A DNA stretch of 64,000 nt from Sulfitobacter sp. (GTDB lineage: Bacteria; Pseudomonadota; Alphaproteobacteria; Rhodobacterales; Rhodobacteraceae), in NCBI RefSeq assembly GCF_036960155.1, contig NZ_JBALWB010000006.1, positions 17,472 to 81,471 of the forward strand, given 5' to 3'. This document shows positions 20,749-30,233 of the stretch, one piece after another. Within the stretch, counting starts at the first letter, position 1; every line of letters begins with the position of its first letter. The notes below the pieces were generated by a model, which was not told where the DNA came from, searched no databases, and saw only the letters and a list, made by a program, of their open reading frames with translations. The translations under genes and the position numbers were made by a program.

Positions 20749-21734
20749 AGGGTTTCTCGAACAGGTTTGAGGATTTTCCCGATTATATCTTGGGGATCAC
20801 GAAGGAAATATGGGAGGAGCGCGGGATTGCCACGCTGCACCACTATTATACGCCTGATCTCGTGGTCCGCTCACCTTCATCCGTCGTGATTGGCAACGAG
20901 AATGTCATTGGTGCCACAATGGCAACTTTGGCGGAGTTTCCCGATCGCACCTTGCTGGGAGAAGACGTGATCTGGTCCGGCACACCCGAAGAGGGGATGT
21001 TATCCTCCCACCGCATCTACTCCACCGCAACCCACATGGGGGACGGGGTATACGGTAAGGCCACGGGCAAAAAACTAGGCTACCGCATCATCGCCGATTG
21101 CCATGCGATTAATGACCAGATCAACGACGAGTGGTTGATCCGCGACCAAGGCGCAATTGTGCGTCAGATGGGCTGGGACCCAACCGATTATGCCCGCGAT
21201 CAGATCGCAAGTGAGGGTGGGCCGGAGCATGCGGTTAAACCCTTTACCCCTGCGATTGATGTGGCGGGTCCCTATACTGGACGCGGTAATGAGAATGAGT
21301 GGGGCGCGTGCTATGGCGATCTGCTCACGCGGATCATGGGGGCGGACATGGCCGCAATACCTGAAGGTTATGATCGCGCTTGCCAGCTTGAACTGCCTGG
21401 CGGTGTTACGGGCCATGGCTGGGGTGATGCGGATACGTTCTGGATGGGGCTGCGTGCGGCCTTTCCGGATGCTGAGTTTAAGATCCATCACGTGATTGGT
21501 CGTAATGATCCGACCCTGCCGCCACGTGCGGCTGTCCGGTGGAGCTTGCACGGCAAACATTCAGGCTGGGGTGGTTTTGGCAGACCCTCTGGGGCAGAAG
21601 TGCATGTGATGGGCATTTCCCACGCTGAATTCGGCGCGATTACAGGCACGGAGCCAAAGTTGCGCCGCGAATTTGTAATATTTGACGAAACCGCGATCTG
21701 GAAGCAGATCCTCTTGCACACAGGTGCGCTATGA
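20745..21734 (+). CDS. Tandem SnoaL/NTF2-fold protein 3
   Basis: ITKEIWEERG..YYTPDLVVR, ADCHA..INDEWLIRD, second repeat AVRWSLHGKH; ATGA overlap with lacI. Confidence 0.8.
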   Translation: MKGFSNRFEDFPDYILGITKEIWEERGIATLHHYYTPDLVVRSPSSVVIGNENVIGATMATLAEFPDRTLLGEDVIWSGTPEEGMLSSHRIYSTATHMGDGVYGKATGKKLGYRIIADCHAINDQINDEWLIRDQGAIVRQMGWDPTDYARDQIASEGGPEHAVKPFTPAIDVAGPYTGRGNENEWGACYGDLLTRIMGADMAAIPEGYDRACQLELPGGVTGHGWGDADTFWMGLRAAFPDAEFKIHHVIGRNDPTLPPRAAVRWSLHGKHSGWGGFGRPSGAEVHVMGISHAEFGAITGTEPKLRREFVIFDETAIWKQILLHTGAL

Positions 21735-22708
21735 CCCCCGATGAGATGAACGCCCGTATTGTCCGTTATGGCGAGTTGATGCCGTGTAAGACAGCATTTA
21801 TTGACGCGCACACACCTGGTTCGAACCAGAAAGAGAACTTTACCATCATTGGGGGCGGCGTCTCAGAGAGCCCTGACCAGCATGTACATATCGGTATACC
21901 GCACGGGTTCAATATTGGCGCAGCAGGCCAGCCGCCTAAATGCCGCAACTCGTTGCATAGCCACCGCACGGCAGAGGTGTTTTTTGTACTGTCAGGGCGC
22001 TGGCGGTTTTTCTGGGGCCGTTATGGCGACGCGGGCGAAGTGGTACTGGAAGAAGGTGATGTCATCAACATCCCCACAGGTATCTTTCGCGGGTTCGAGA
22101 ACATCGGCACGGATTATGGAATGATCATGGCCGTCCTCGGCGGTGATGATGCGGGTGGTGGTGTGATCTGGGCACCCCAAGTGATTGAAGATGCTGCGGA
22201 TCATGGGCTCGTGCTGGGCGATAATGGCAAGCTCTATGATACCAAAAAAGGGGAAGCTTTGCCGGGTGGCGTTGCCCCCTTGCCGGTGCTGACGGAAGCG
22301 GAAATGAAAGCCTATCCCGAACCCACCACTGCTGATGTCGTGCCACGTCATGTGGCGCGGTATTGGGATATGGTGGCGCTCGGCGACCGCAAACCTGCCC
22401 TGGTGATAGGCGAGAACGGCACGTTGCCCGACAAGCCCGGATTTGAAGTACATCTTGTCACGCGCGGCTCGGCAACCGCCGAGATGCACAAGCATGATCT
22501 TCCCAGCGTGCTGATGCCCATGCGCGGTCACTGGACTGTCAAATGGGACGCCTCGGGGGAGACACATAGTGTCGTCCTTAACCCCGGTGACACGATGTCA
22601 CTGCCCGAGGGCGTGATGCACAGCGCGCAGCCCTCGATGACAGGAGAGGCGTCAATGTTCCATGTTGTCGCCACTGTTGAGGGCGCTGGCCCTACCTGGA
22701 AAGGATAA
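21731..22708 (+). CDS. Bicupin protein
   Basis: SLHSHRTAEVFFVLSGRW cupin motif 1 and a second C-terminal cupin (MHKHDLPSVL..GVMHSA). Confidence 0.85.
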   Translation: MTPDEMNARIVRYGELMPCKTAFIDAHTPGSNQKENFTIIGGGVSESPDQHVHIGIPHGFNIGAAGQPPKCRNSLHSHRTAEVFFVLSGRWRFFWGRYGDAGEVVLEEGDVINIPTGIFRGFENIGTDYGMIMAVLGGDDAGGGVIWAPQVIEDAADHGLVLGDNGKLYDTKKGEALPGGVAPLPVLTEAEMKAYPEPTTADVVPRHVARYWDMVALGDRKPALVIGENGTLPDKPGFEVHLVTRGSATAEMHKHDLPSVLMPMRGHWTVKWDASGETHSVVLNPGDTMSLPEGVMHSAQPSMTGEASMFHVVATVEGAGPTWKG

Positions 22709-22711
22709 GCC

Positions 22712-23833
22712 ATGACCGTTTTGACAACTCACGTTGGATCGCTGCCGCGCAGCCAAGACGTAGTGGATTTCATTTTTGCCCGCGAAAATGAAACGCCCTA
22801 TGATCAGGACGCATTTGATGCGGCGATGGCCAAGGCGGTGTCTGAGACCGTGGCCAAGCAGGTCGCTGCAGGTGTGGGTATTGTATCGGACGGGGAGACG
22901 TCCAAGATTAGTTATGCCACCTACGTCAAAGATCGCTACACCGGATTTGGCGGTGACAGTCCACGCAACGCCCCGGCGGATCTCAAGCAGTTTCCGGGAT
23001 ACCTCAAGCGGCTTGCTGAGGAGGGTGGCACCCCGAAATACGCCCGCCCCATGTGTGTGGGCGCAGTGACGTCCAAGGGGCAGGGTGAGTTAGAAAAAGA
23101 CATCGCCAATCTAAAAGCGGGGATGGCCGAGCATGGAGCTCAGCGCGGCTTTATGAACGCGGCGTCTCCCGGTGTGATCAGTTTGTTTTTACAAAACGAC
23201 TTCTACAAAAACCGCGAGGCTTATCTGGCCGCGTTAGCGGATGCGATGAAGGCGGAGTACGAGACAATTGTGGCTTCCGGTCTGGACCTGCAGCTGGATT
23301 GCCCTGATCTGGCTCTGTCGCGGCACATGTTGTTCAATGATCTGAGTGATGCGGAATTTGTGAAAATCGCCAATATGCATGTTGATGCGCTTAATCACGC
23401 GCTCAGCGATATTCCGCAGGAGAAGGTGCGCATCCATATTTGTTGGGGCAACTATGAGGGGCCGCATGTTTGTGATGTGCCCATGGCCACGATGTTCGAT
23501 ACGCTGATGTCAGCCAAGGCGCGCTATGTCCTATTCGAGACATCGAACCCGCGCCACGGCCATGAGTGGACCGTTTTTCGCGATCGCAAAGGCGATATTC
23601 CTGATGACAAGGTACTGGTGCCGGGGGTGGTTGATACCACTACTAACTTTGTCGAGCATCCCGAACTTGTCGCCCAGCGTATCGACCGCTTTACCCCGTT
23701 GGTGGGGCATGACCGTGTGATCGCAGGTAGCGATTGTGGGTTTGGTACGTTCGCAGGCTTTGGCGCTGTTGATCCTGACATCGCCTTCGCAAAGCTCAAG
23801 GCTCTCTCGGACGGGGCCGCCCTCGCGTCATGA
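22712..23833 (+). CDS. Cobalamin-independent methionine synthase II-family (MetE catalytic-domain-only) Zn enzyme
   Basis: TTHVGSLPR, VSDGE, HICWGN, FE, GSDCGFG Zn ligands. Confidence 0.9.
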   Translation: MTVLTTHVGSLPRSQDVVDFIFARENETPYDQDAFDAAMAKAVSETVAKQVAAGVGIVSDGETSKISYATYVKDRYTGFGGDSPRNAPADLKQFPGYLKRLAEEGGTPKYARPMCVGAVTSKGQGELEKDIANLKAGMAEHGAQRGFMNAASPGVISLFLQNDFYKNREAYLAALADAMKAEYETIVASGLDLQLDCPDLALSRHMLFNDLSDAEFVKIANMHVDALNHALSDIPQEKVRIHICWGNYEGPHVCDVPMATMFDTLMSAKARYVLFETSNPRHGHEWTVFRDRKGDIPDDKVLVPGVVDTTTNFVEHPELVAQRIDRFTPLVGHDRVIAGSDCGFGTFAGFGAVDPDIAFAKLKALSDGAALAS

Positions 23834-24528
23834 CGCTTCCGCTGATTTTGCTGCCCGGCATGATGTGTGATGCAAGGCTGTTTGCGCCGCAGGTTGAGGT
23901 GCTGTCAAAGCGCGGTCCGGTGACGGTAGCTGATGTAAGCGGGCATGACAGCATGACTGCACTGGCGGCTGCAGTGTTGGCGGATGCGCCGCCTGTGTTT
24001 GCCCTTGGTGGGCTGTCCATGGGCGGCATCGTCGCAATGGAGATGGTCAGGCAGGCCCCTCAACGCATTGCCAAATTGTGTTTGATGGACACCAATCCGA
24101 TGGCTGAAACAGATGCTGTCAAATCCCGCCGCGGACCGCAGATTGACAAGGCACAGGCAGGGCAGTTGGACCATGTCATGCGCAATGAGATGAAGCCGAA
24201 TTACCTGACGGAGGGGCCGCGGCGCGCCACGATCCTAGACTTGTGCATGGAGATGGCGCTGGAGCTTGGGTCGGATGCGTTTGTGCGCCAATCCGTTGCT
24301 TTGCTGGATCGCCCCGATCAGTGCGACACCCTGCGCGGCGTGACGGTGCCTACGCTGGTGCTGTGCGGACGTGAAGATAGCCTTTGCCCTGTTGCGCGCC
24401 ATACACTGATGCATGAGCTGGTGGGCGGCTCCGTGCTGGAGATCATCGCGGGGGCTGGGCATCTACCGACCTTAGAGCAGCCACAACATACCACAGCGGC
24501 GCTGATCCGCTGGATGGAGGACGAATGA
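23830..24528 (+). CDS. Alpha/beta hydrolase
   Basis: GLSMGG, GREDSLCP, AGHLPTLE. Confidence 0.95.
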   Translation: MTLPLILLPGMMCDARLFAPQVEVLSKRGPVTVADVSGHDSMTALAAAVLADAPPVFALGGLSMGGIVAMEMVRQAPQRIAKLCLMDTNPMAETDAVKSRRGPQIDKAQAGQLDHVMRNEMKPNYLTEGPRRATILDLCMEMALELGSDAFVRQSVALLDRPDQCDTLRGVTVPTLVLCGREDSLCPVARHTLMHELVGGSVLEIIAGAGHLPTLEQPQHTTAALIRWMEDE

Positions 24529-25235
24529 CGGATACGGCTTTGGACGACACACTCCTGACGCTACTGCGGTCAGTGGATACCCCAACAGTTTGCAATGCAA
24601 TCGAGGTGGCTCAGGGCAAACGCGGGTTTGATGCTTTTACCCGTGGCACAATGCTGTGTTCTGACCCTGATGGTGGTGCGATTGTCGGCTATGCCGTGAC
24701 TGCCAAGATAGCCGCCGTCGAGCCGCCCACCGAAGCGCCAGACGTGATCCGCGCGCGACGTATGACCTATTACAAAGCGATGTCGGAGGGGCCAAACCCG
24801 TCAGTCGCGGTTGTAGAGGACCTCGATTACCCCCACGCCATTGGAGCCTATTGGGGCGAGGTCAATACCACTATCCACAAAGGGTTCGGTATGTCCGGGG
24901 CGCTGACCAACGGTGTTATGCGCGATCTGGGCGATATGGCGTCAGGCTTTCCGGTCCTTGCAGGGTCGGTCGGCCCCAGTCATGGCTTTGTCCATGTCAA
25001 AGAAATTGGAACACTAGTCAGTATTTTTGGCCTGAATGTGGCCCAAGGCGATCTGATCCACGCCGACCGCCACGGCGCCGTTGTGATCCCTATGGATGTG
25101 TTGGGTGGGTTGGCGGATGCGATTCAGAAGATGCAAGAAACTGAGACACTGGTTCTCGGTCCCGCGCGTGCGCCAGGGTTTGACTTTGAGACGTTTGAGC
25201 GTGCATGGATTGCATTTGAAAAATCACGAACCTGA
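24525..25235 (+). CDS. RraA/HMG-aldolase-family protein
   Basis: DTPTVCNA, AYWGEVN, ALTNGVMRD, GDLIHADRHG. Confidence 0.9.
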   Translation: MTDTALDDTLLTLLRSVDTPTVCNAIEVAQGKRGFDAFTRGTMLCSDPDGGAIVGYAVTAKIAAVEPPTEAPDVIRARRMTYYKAMSEGPNPSVAVVEDLDYPHAIGAYWGEVNTTIHKGFGMSGALTNGVMRDLGDMASGFPVLAGSVGPSHGFVHVKEIGTLVSIFGLNVAQGDLIHADRHGAVVIPMDVLGGLADAIQKMQETETLVLGPARAPGFDFETFERAWIAFEKSRT

Positions 25236-25310
25236 TCAACAGTGGTCGAGATTTTATCTCCAACGCCTCGCCTGATTTGTACGGGAAAGTTGAATTCTAC
25301 CCAATGAGGT

Positions 25311-26214
25311 TGCTCTGTCGCAAACTTTTCAATCTATTGACGAACGGTCTTCTGCGGACGCAATTATGCTTCGAGCGCGGCAAACTACCTGAACGCTGGG
25401 ATACCTGTATTGGCTAATTGACCCTTGCGGTTCTTATGCGCGGCTTTGATCCCAGCCAATGTTGCAGCCGTAAAATGGAAAGCTTTGAAGCCGAGCATTG
25501 GCCGTGTAATCCGTTTGATAAACCTGTGATCCTGTTCGACGATGTTCATTCTCCGGCAAACAAGTTTACCCTGCCATGCAGTTGTTGAGATATTTGGATT
25601 GAACGATTTCGATGATCCGCCCTCCTCCCGTGAATTTGAGGATGACATTTAAGTTTTGCAGGCCAGCCAAATTGGCTCGACTTTTGTCGATGGCAATACG
25701 ATCTGGGATACCGTTTGTGCCAACTGCCCGTTTGAAAATCGCCGCGCAGCAGCGGTATCGCGGCGCTCTGACATCATGAAATCAAGGGTTTGTCCGCCGC
25801 GATCGACTGCGCGATACAGGTAGACCTATTTTCCGCGAACTTTGACATAGGTTTCATCTGTCACCTGACAGGGTATTGCGCAGTAATATCCCGAGAGGGC
25901 TTTCGCCATGAAGAGGCGGTTTGCTTCTTTCTTGCCTTGGCATTTTCAGCGATCAGCGGTGAGAACTTCACCACCCAACGGTTCAGCGTGACATGATCGA
26001 TTTCAACACCACGTTCAGCCATAATTTCTTCCAAGTCTCTATACGAGACGCCGTAACGCACGTAGAAAAATATGGCAAAAAGGATCACGCTTTTGGGGAA
26101 GTGATCCCCTTGGAAATCAATCATCACGGTTGGGCGCTCACCTTCAAGAACAAAGCTCCGCATCTAACATGGTCTAGCCGTCTTACCCAATCGACACAGT
26201 TTTGCGACAGAGCC
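25311..26214 (-). mobile_element. IS6-family element, defective (copy 1, 904 bp)
   Basis: Ends tgctctgtcgcaaact / agttttgcgacagagcc; transposase remnant at about 25364-26124 with a stop, a frameshift and two insertions. Confidence 0.92.
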
Positions 26215-26369
26215 TTGATGCGCGATGTACAGATGACGGCTACTTGAACAATGCAGCCCTTAAGTGTTGCGCCCAGTCCTTCAAAATCATTTTCAAATGT
26301 CTACACAAGACAATGGCAGCGTTTCCTTAGGTGAAGGACGTTCTGTCAATTCATCGCTTGAACGGAAGT

Positions 26370-27544
26370 TTAGGATGCGACCTTGGCCGCGGCCAATCCG
26401 ATCTCAAACTCGGACTTTATCAAATCAAAACTTTCAATGCCTACAGAAACCCGGATCAGGTTGTCCTCAATACCAAGCGCGTAACGTTCGTCTTTCGTCA
26501 ATTTTCGATGGGACGTCACGGCAGTCATAATAACGAGCGTCGCGACGTCACCAAGAGCAGGCCCTTTCACATCCGCGCAAGAAGGCATTCGCATTGGCGC
26601 GATTGCCTTTCAGGACAAAGCTGACCATCGCTCCATGCCCGCCTGAGATCATTGACGTCGCCAGTTCATGATCGGGATGTGAAGTAAGGCCGGGGAAGTG
26701 GGTCTTTTCAACCATGCTGTGCCCGTTAAGAAACGTGGCTAATTCTTGGGCGTTCTCTTGCGCCTGCTTGAACCGTAGGTCAAATGTATTTAGCCCGCGC
26801 TCTGCCATCCAGCAGTTATAGGGGCTGGCGTTCAAACCCATTGTTGCGATGACATCGCTGATCTTGTCTAGCAGATCAACATCAATGCCACCAAGGTAGC
26901 CAAGGTTCAGATCACTGTGTCCTGACAGCATTTTGGTGACCGAATGCATGGCCAAATCGGCTCCTTGTTCGAGCGGGCGAAACCCCGTCGGGGTTGTGAA
27001 GGCATTGTCGATCAACAGCAAAGCTCCGACAGCTTTGCAGGCTTTCACCAACGCCTCAAAATGGGTCACGCGAAGCATTGGGTTCGAAACGATTTCAGCC
27101 AGCACAATTTGGGTTCCAGGGGTGATCGCATGGGCAAATGTACTTGGATCAGAGGAGTCAAATGTGCGGCAGGGAAAACCCATACGCGGCAGTTCATCCG
27201 TCACCATTTTCAAAGACCGACCGTACAGCTGCGACGCGGCTGCGATTGAATCGCCAGCCCTCAACACTGCATGAACGTCGCCGAAATTGCCGACATGCCA
27301 GAGGCTGTCATGACACCTGCATTGGCGCTTTCCATCCACGACAGCTTGTCAGACAGACTTTCCGCATTCGGGTGGCCTTCGCGCGCATAGGCGAAACCCT
27401 TTTCTTGCCCATCATAAACCGACTGAAGTTGATCCGCATCTTCGTAGTGATAAACCACGGATGGTGACAAAGCAGGGACAAGCGGCTTGCCAAGGCTTTG
27501 AGGAAAGTGCCGCGACGCACGACTGAGCTATGTGGTTTTTTCAT
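26370..27544 (-). pseudogene. Cys/Met metabolism PLP enzyme (cystathionine gamma-synthase/lyase family), frameshifted
   Basis: YAREGHPNA, ASGMSAIS, IDNAFTTP, HSVTKMLSGHSD, SHR..LIRVSVGIE split over four ORFs. Confidence 0.88.
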
Positions 27545-27848
27545 TAGTCATGATCCTTGTGAGTGTCCCTTAGGCGTCATTGCAACCAGACCCAATGCGT
27601 GACTTTTCCATGATGAATTTCTTAACCGCTGCGAGATCATTGTCCAACACGTTTAGAACCTCAGGGTGGGTGGGCCGTTGCGAGGGTCACCATCGGTACG
27701 GATCCGGTAGGCATAAGGTTCATTATGTATAAAAGGCGCAGCATTGTAATTTCTGACTATCGTCACCGCCGATTGTAGTAGTGTAGCTCTTGAGTAGGGT
27801 AGGGCCCTGACGTCGTGAAAATTGCGGCCTAGAATCGCATAATGGCGC

Positions 27849-30233
27849 TTATGTATTTTCGAAGGGAGGTTTCTTGTGTACGCGATTTTTCTGGATACGC
27901 CCGTGATTAGGCCTGGAAAGGGTTGTCAATTTGATTTTTGGGGAAAGATACGCCTGGTGTTTAGGAAACGGGCCAGTGAATTTTTCAAAATTGACCAAAC
28001 AGGTGTGGGCAGTGGGGCCTTGCGACAGGTCCGAAGTACCCTGATCGCGGGTGAGGGTATTGGGATTGCCGCCGGAGCAAAGTAATGTTCCATCAGGCCT
28101 AACAGTTGCATCCAACCAAGCGCCAGTGCTGATCGACACGACCCCTCTCATAAGATCACCGTCAAGGCAGGCACTGGCAAGGCAGGCACCGCGTTCATTG
28201 TAAATGCGCAGTATGTCGCCCGAGACAATCCCTTTGTGGCCTGCATCTATCGGGTTTATACCTATGCGGCTGCGCCCGTTGATTTTGGCGGCCTGACTGA
28301 CAGGGCCATGATCGAGTTGGGAATGTAGTTTGTCGGCGGGCTGGCCAGAAATAAGGTGAAACGGATACTCGCTAGAGGCATTCCCCAACCACTCGGTAGG
28401 CGGATACCATGCAGGATGTGGTAAAACCCCAACATCTTTGAAGTTCGCAATCGCTTGAGACAAAATCTCGACGCGTCCGCTAGGTGTTTTGAGCGGGTTG
28501 ATATTAGGGTCCTCACGAAAGGCCGACAAAGCACCATGGCTTGGTTTGCCGGGGTCCACGAAATGCCAGCCTTTGGCGGCGAACTCTGCGTGAGGCGGCA
28601 AGGTGAGGCCAGTGGCTTTGGCTAATTCGCGGCTTTCGTTATAAAGCCACTCCACCCAGTCTTCTGCCGAGCGCCCTTCGGTAAATGCACTCTCTACCCC
28701 TAAGTGGCGACTGATCCCTGTGAGAATATCATAATCATCGCGCGCATCTGCGTTTGGTGGAACCACTGCCTGCATCGCAACAATGTAGGGATCGCGGGGG
28801 TTGATCATTAGGTCAGAGCGTTCGAGTTGGGTGGTGCAGGGCAGCACGATGTCGGCGCGTTTGGCCAGCGCGTTCCAGCACCACTCATGAGCGATGATCG
28901 TGTCGGGTTTTTGCCACGCTTGCACAAGTCGGCCGAGGTCTTGGTGGTGATGAAACGGATTGCCGCCCGCCCAATAGATAAGTTTGATATCTGGATAGGT
29001 GTGGATTTTACCGTTGTATTGAAAGGATGTGCCGGGGTTGAGCAACATATCACTGATCCGCGCGACAGGGATGAAGCTTTTGACCGGGTTTCGCCCCTGT
29101 GGAAGCGAGGCATATTTGGTTGTTCGTTTCTCTGTGCCAACGGAATTGGCTGCGCAATACCCAAAAGCAATACCGCCGCCGGGCAGTCCAATTTGACCCA
29201 GCATAGCGGCAAGAGTGGTGGCCATCCAAAATGGCTGTTCACCGTGCGATTGACGGGTCATCGACCAAGAAACCGAAACTAGCGTGCGAGATGTCGCCAT
29301 GCGCCGCGCCAGATCGATGATCGATTGGGCCGGAATTTGGGCGATCTCGGCGGCCCATTGTGCGCTCTTTGCAATGCCGTCATTTTGGCCAGTAAGATAG
29401 CTGGCAAATGTTTCAAATCCAACGGTATAGCGGTTCAGAAATTCTTGATCGTGCCAGCTGTTTCCCAGAATTTCATGGGCGAGGGCGAGCATCACAGCGA
29501 CGTCGGTGCCCGGGCGTGCAGCAACCCATTCAGGTTTGAGATCGTCGGCAATATCACTGCGGATGGGTGAGATGTTAACGAATTGAACCCCGTTATTTTT
29601 TGCCTCGGTCAAGGCTGAACGGGCGCGGTGGGCACCTGTGCCGCCGGAGCTGATCTGGCTGTTGCGCAGGGGCATGCCTCCGAAAGCTACCAACAACTCT
29701 GTGTTATCAACAACTGATTGCCAACTGGGCGGATTGTGGATCATCTCCGTGGCGTTACCGAGGATATGCGGCAATATCACCTCGCCCGCCGCGAGGCTGT
29801 AGGAGTTCACAGACTTTGTGTAGCCGCCAATGCAGTTAAGAAAACGGTGCAACTGACTTTGAGCATGGTGGAAGCGCCCCGCGCCAGACCAGCCATAAGA
29901 ACCACCATAGATCGCCTCGTTTCCGAAATTTGAGCGAACGCGGTCTAACTCACTTGCGACGCACCTTTCGGCCTCGTCCCAGTTGACCTGAACAAAGGAA
30001 TCATGCCCACGCATTTCTGTGGCAGAGCCGGGGCCATTGTCGAGCCAGCTTTTGCGTATCATTGGCGCTGTTATCCGCAAGGAATCGTCAAGCGTTCCCA
30101 GATAGCCTTGGGCGATGGGAGAAGGGTTTGGGTCATGTTCAAACGGATGTAGCGCGCGCAGCTCTCCGCCCTCAGCTTCAGCGCGGTACACCCCCCAATG
30201 GCTGGCGGTCAGCGGCAGGTCTGTTCTGGACAT
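27849..30233 (-). CDS. Cytoplasmic molybdopterin S-/N-oxide reductase (BisC/DMSO-reductase family)
   Basis: TASHWG, GGSYGW, NSYSLAAGEVILPH (Ser ligand region), HLISGQP..KLHSQ; no Tat leader. Confidence 0.92.
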   Translation of the reverse strand: MSRTDLPLTASHWGVYRAEAEGGELRALHPFEHDPNPSPIAQGYLGTLDDSLRITAPMIRKSWLDNGPGSATEMRGHDSFVQVNWDEAERCVASELDRVRSNFGNEAIYGGSYGWSGAGRFHHAQSQLHRFLNCIGGYTKSVNSYSLAAGEVILPHILGNATEMIHNPPSWQSVVDNTELLVAFGGMPLRNSQISSGGTGAHRARSALTEAKNNGVQFVNISPIRSDIADDLKPEWVAARPGTDVAVMLALAHEILGNSWHDQEFLNRYTVGFETFASYLTGQNDGIAKSAQWAAEIAQIPAQSIIDLARRMATSRTLVSVSWSMTRQSHGEQPFWMATTLAAMLGQIGLPGGGIAFGYCAANSVGTEKRTTKYASLPQGRNPVKSFIPVARISDMLLNPGTSFQYNGKIHTYPDIKLIYWAGGNPFHHHQDLGRLVQAWQKPDTIIAHEWCWNALAKRADIVLPCTTQLERSDLMINPRDPYIVAMQAVVPPNADARDDYDILTGISRHLGVESAFTEGRSAEDWVEWLYNESRELAKATGLTLPPHAEFAAKGWHFVDPGKPSHGALSAFREDPNINPLKTPSGRVEILSQAIANFKDVGVLPHPAWYPPTEWLGNASSEYPFHLISGQPADKLHSQLDHGPVSQAAKINGRSRIGINPIDAGHKGIVSGDILRIYNERGACLASACLDGDLMRGVVSISTGAWLDATVRPDGTLLCSGGNPNTLTRDQGTSDLSQGPTAHTCLVNFEKFTGPFPKHQAYLSPKIKLTTLSRPNHGRIQKNRVHKKPPFENT

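Noticed and set aside
22712-23833. Calling the gene metE
   Set aside because: Only about 370 aa, lacking the N-terminal folate-binding barrel.
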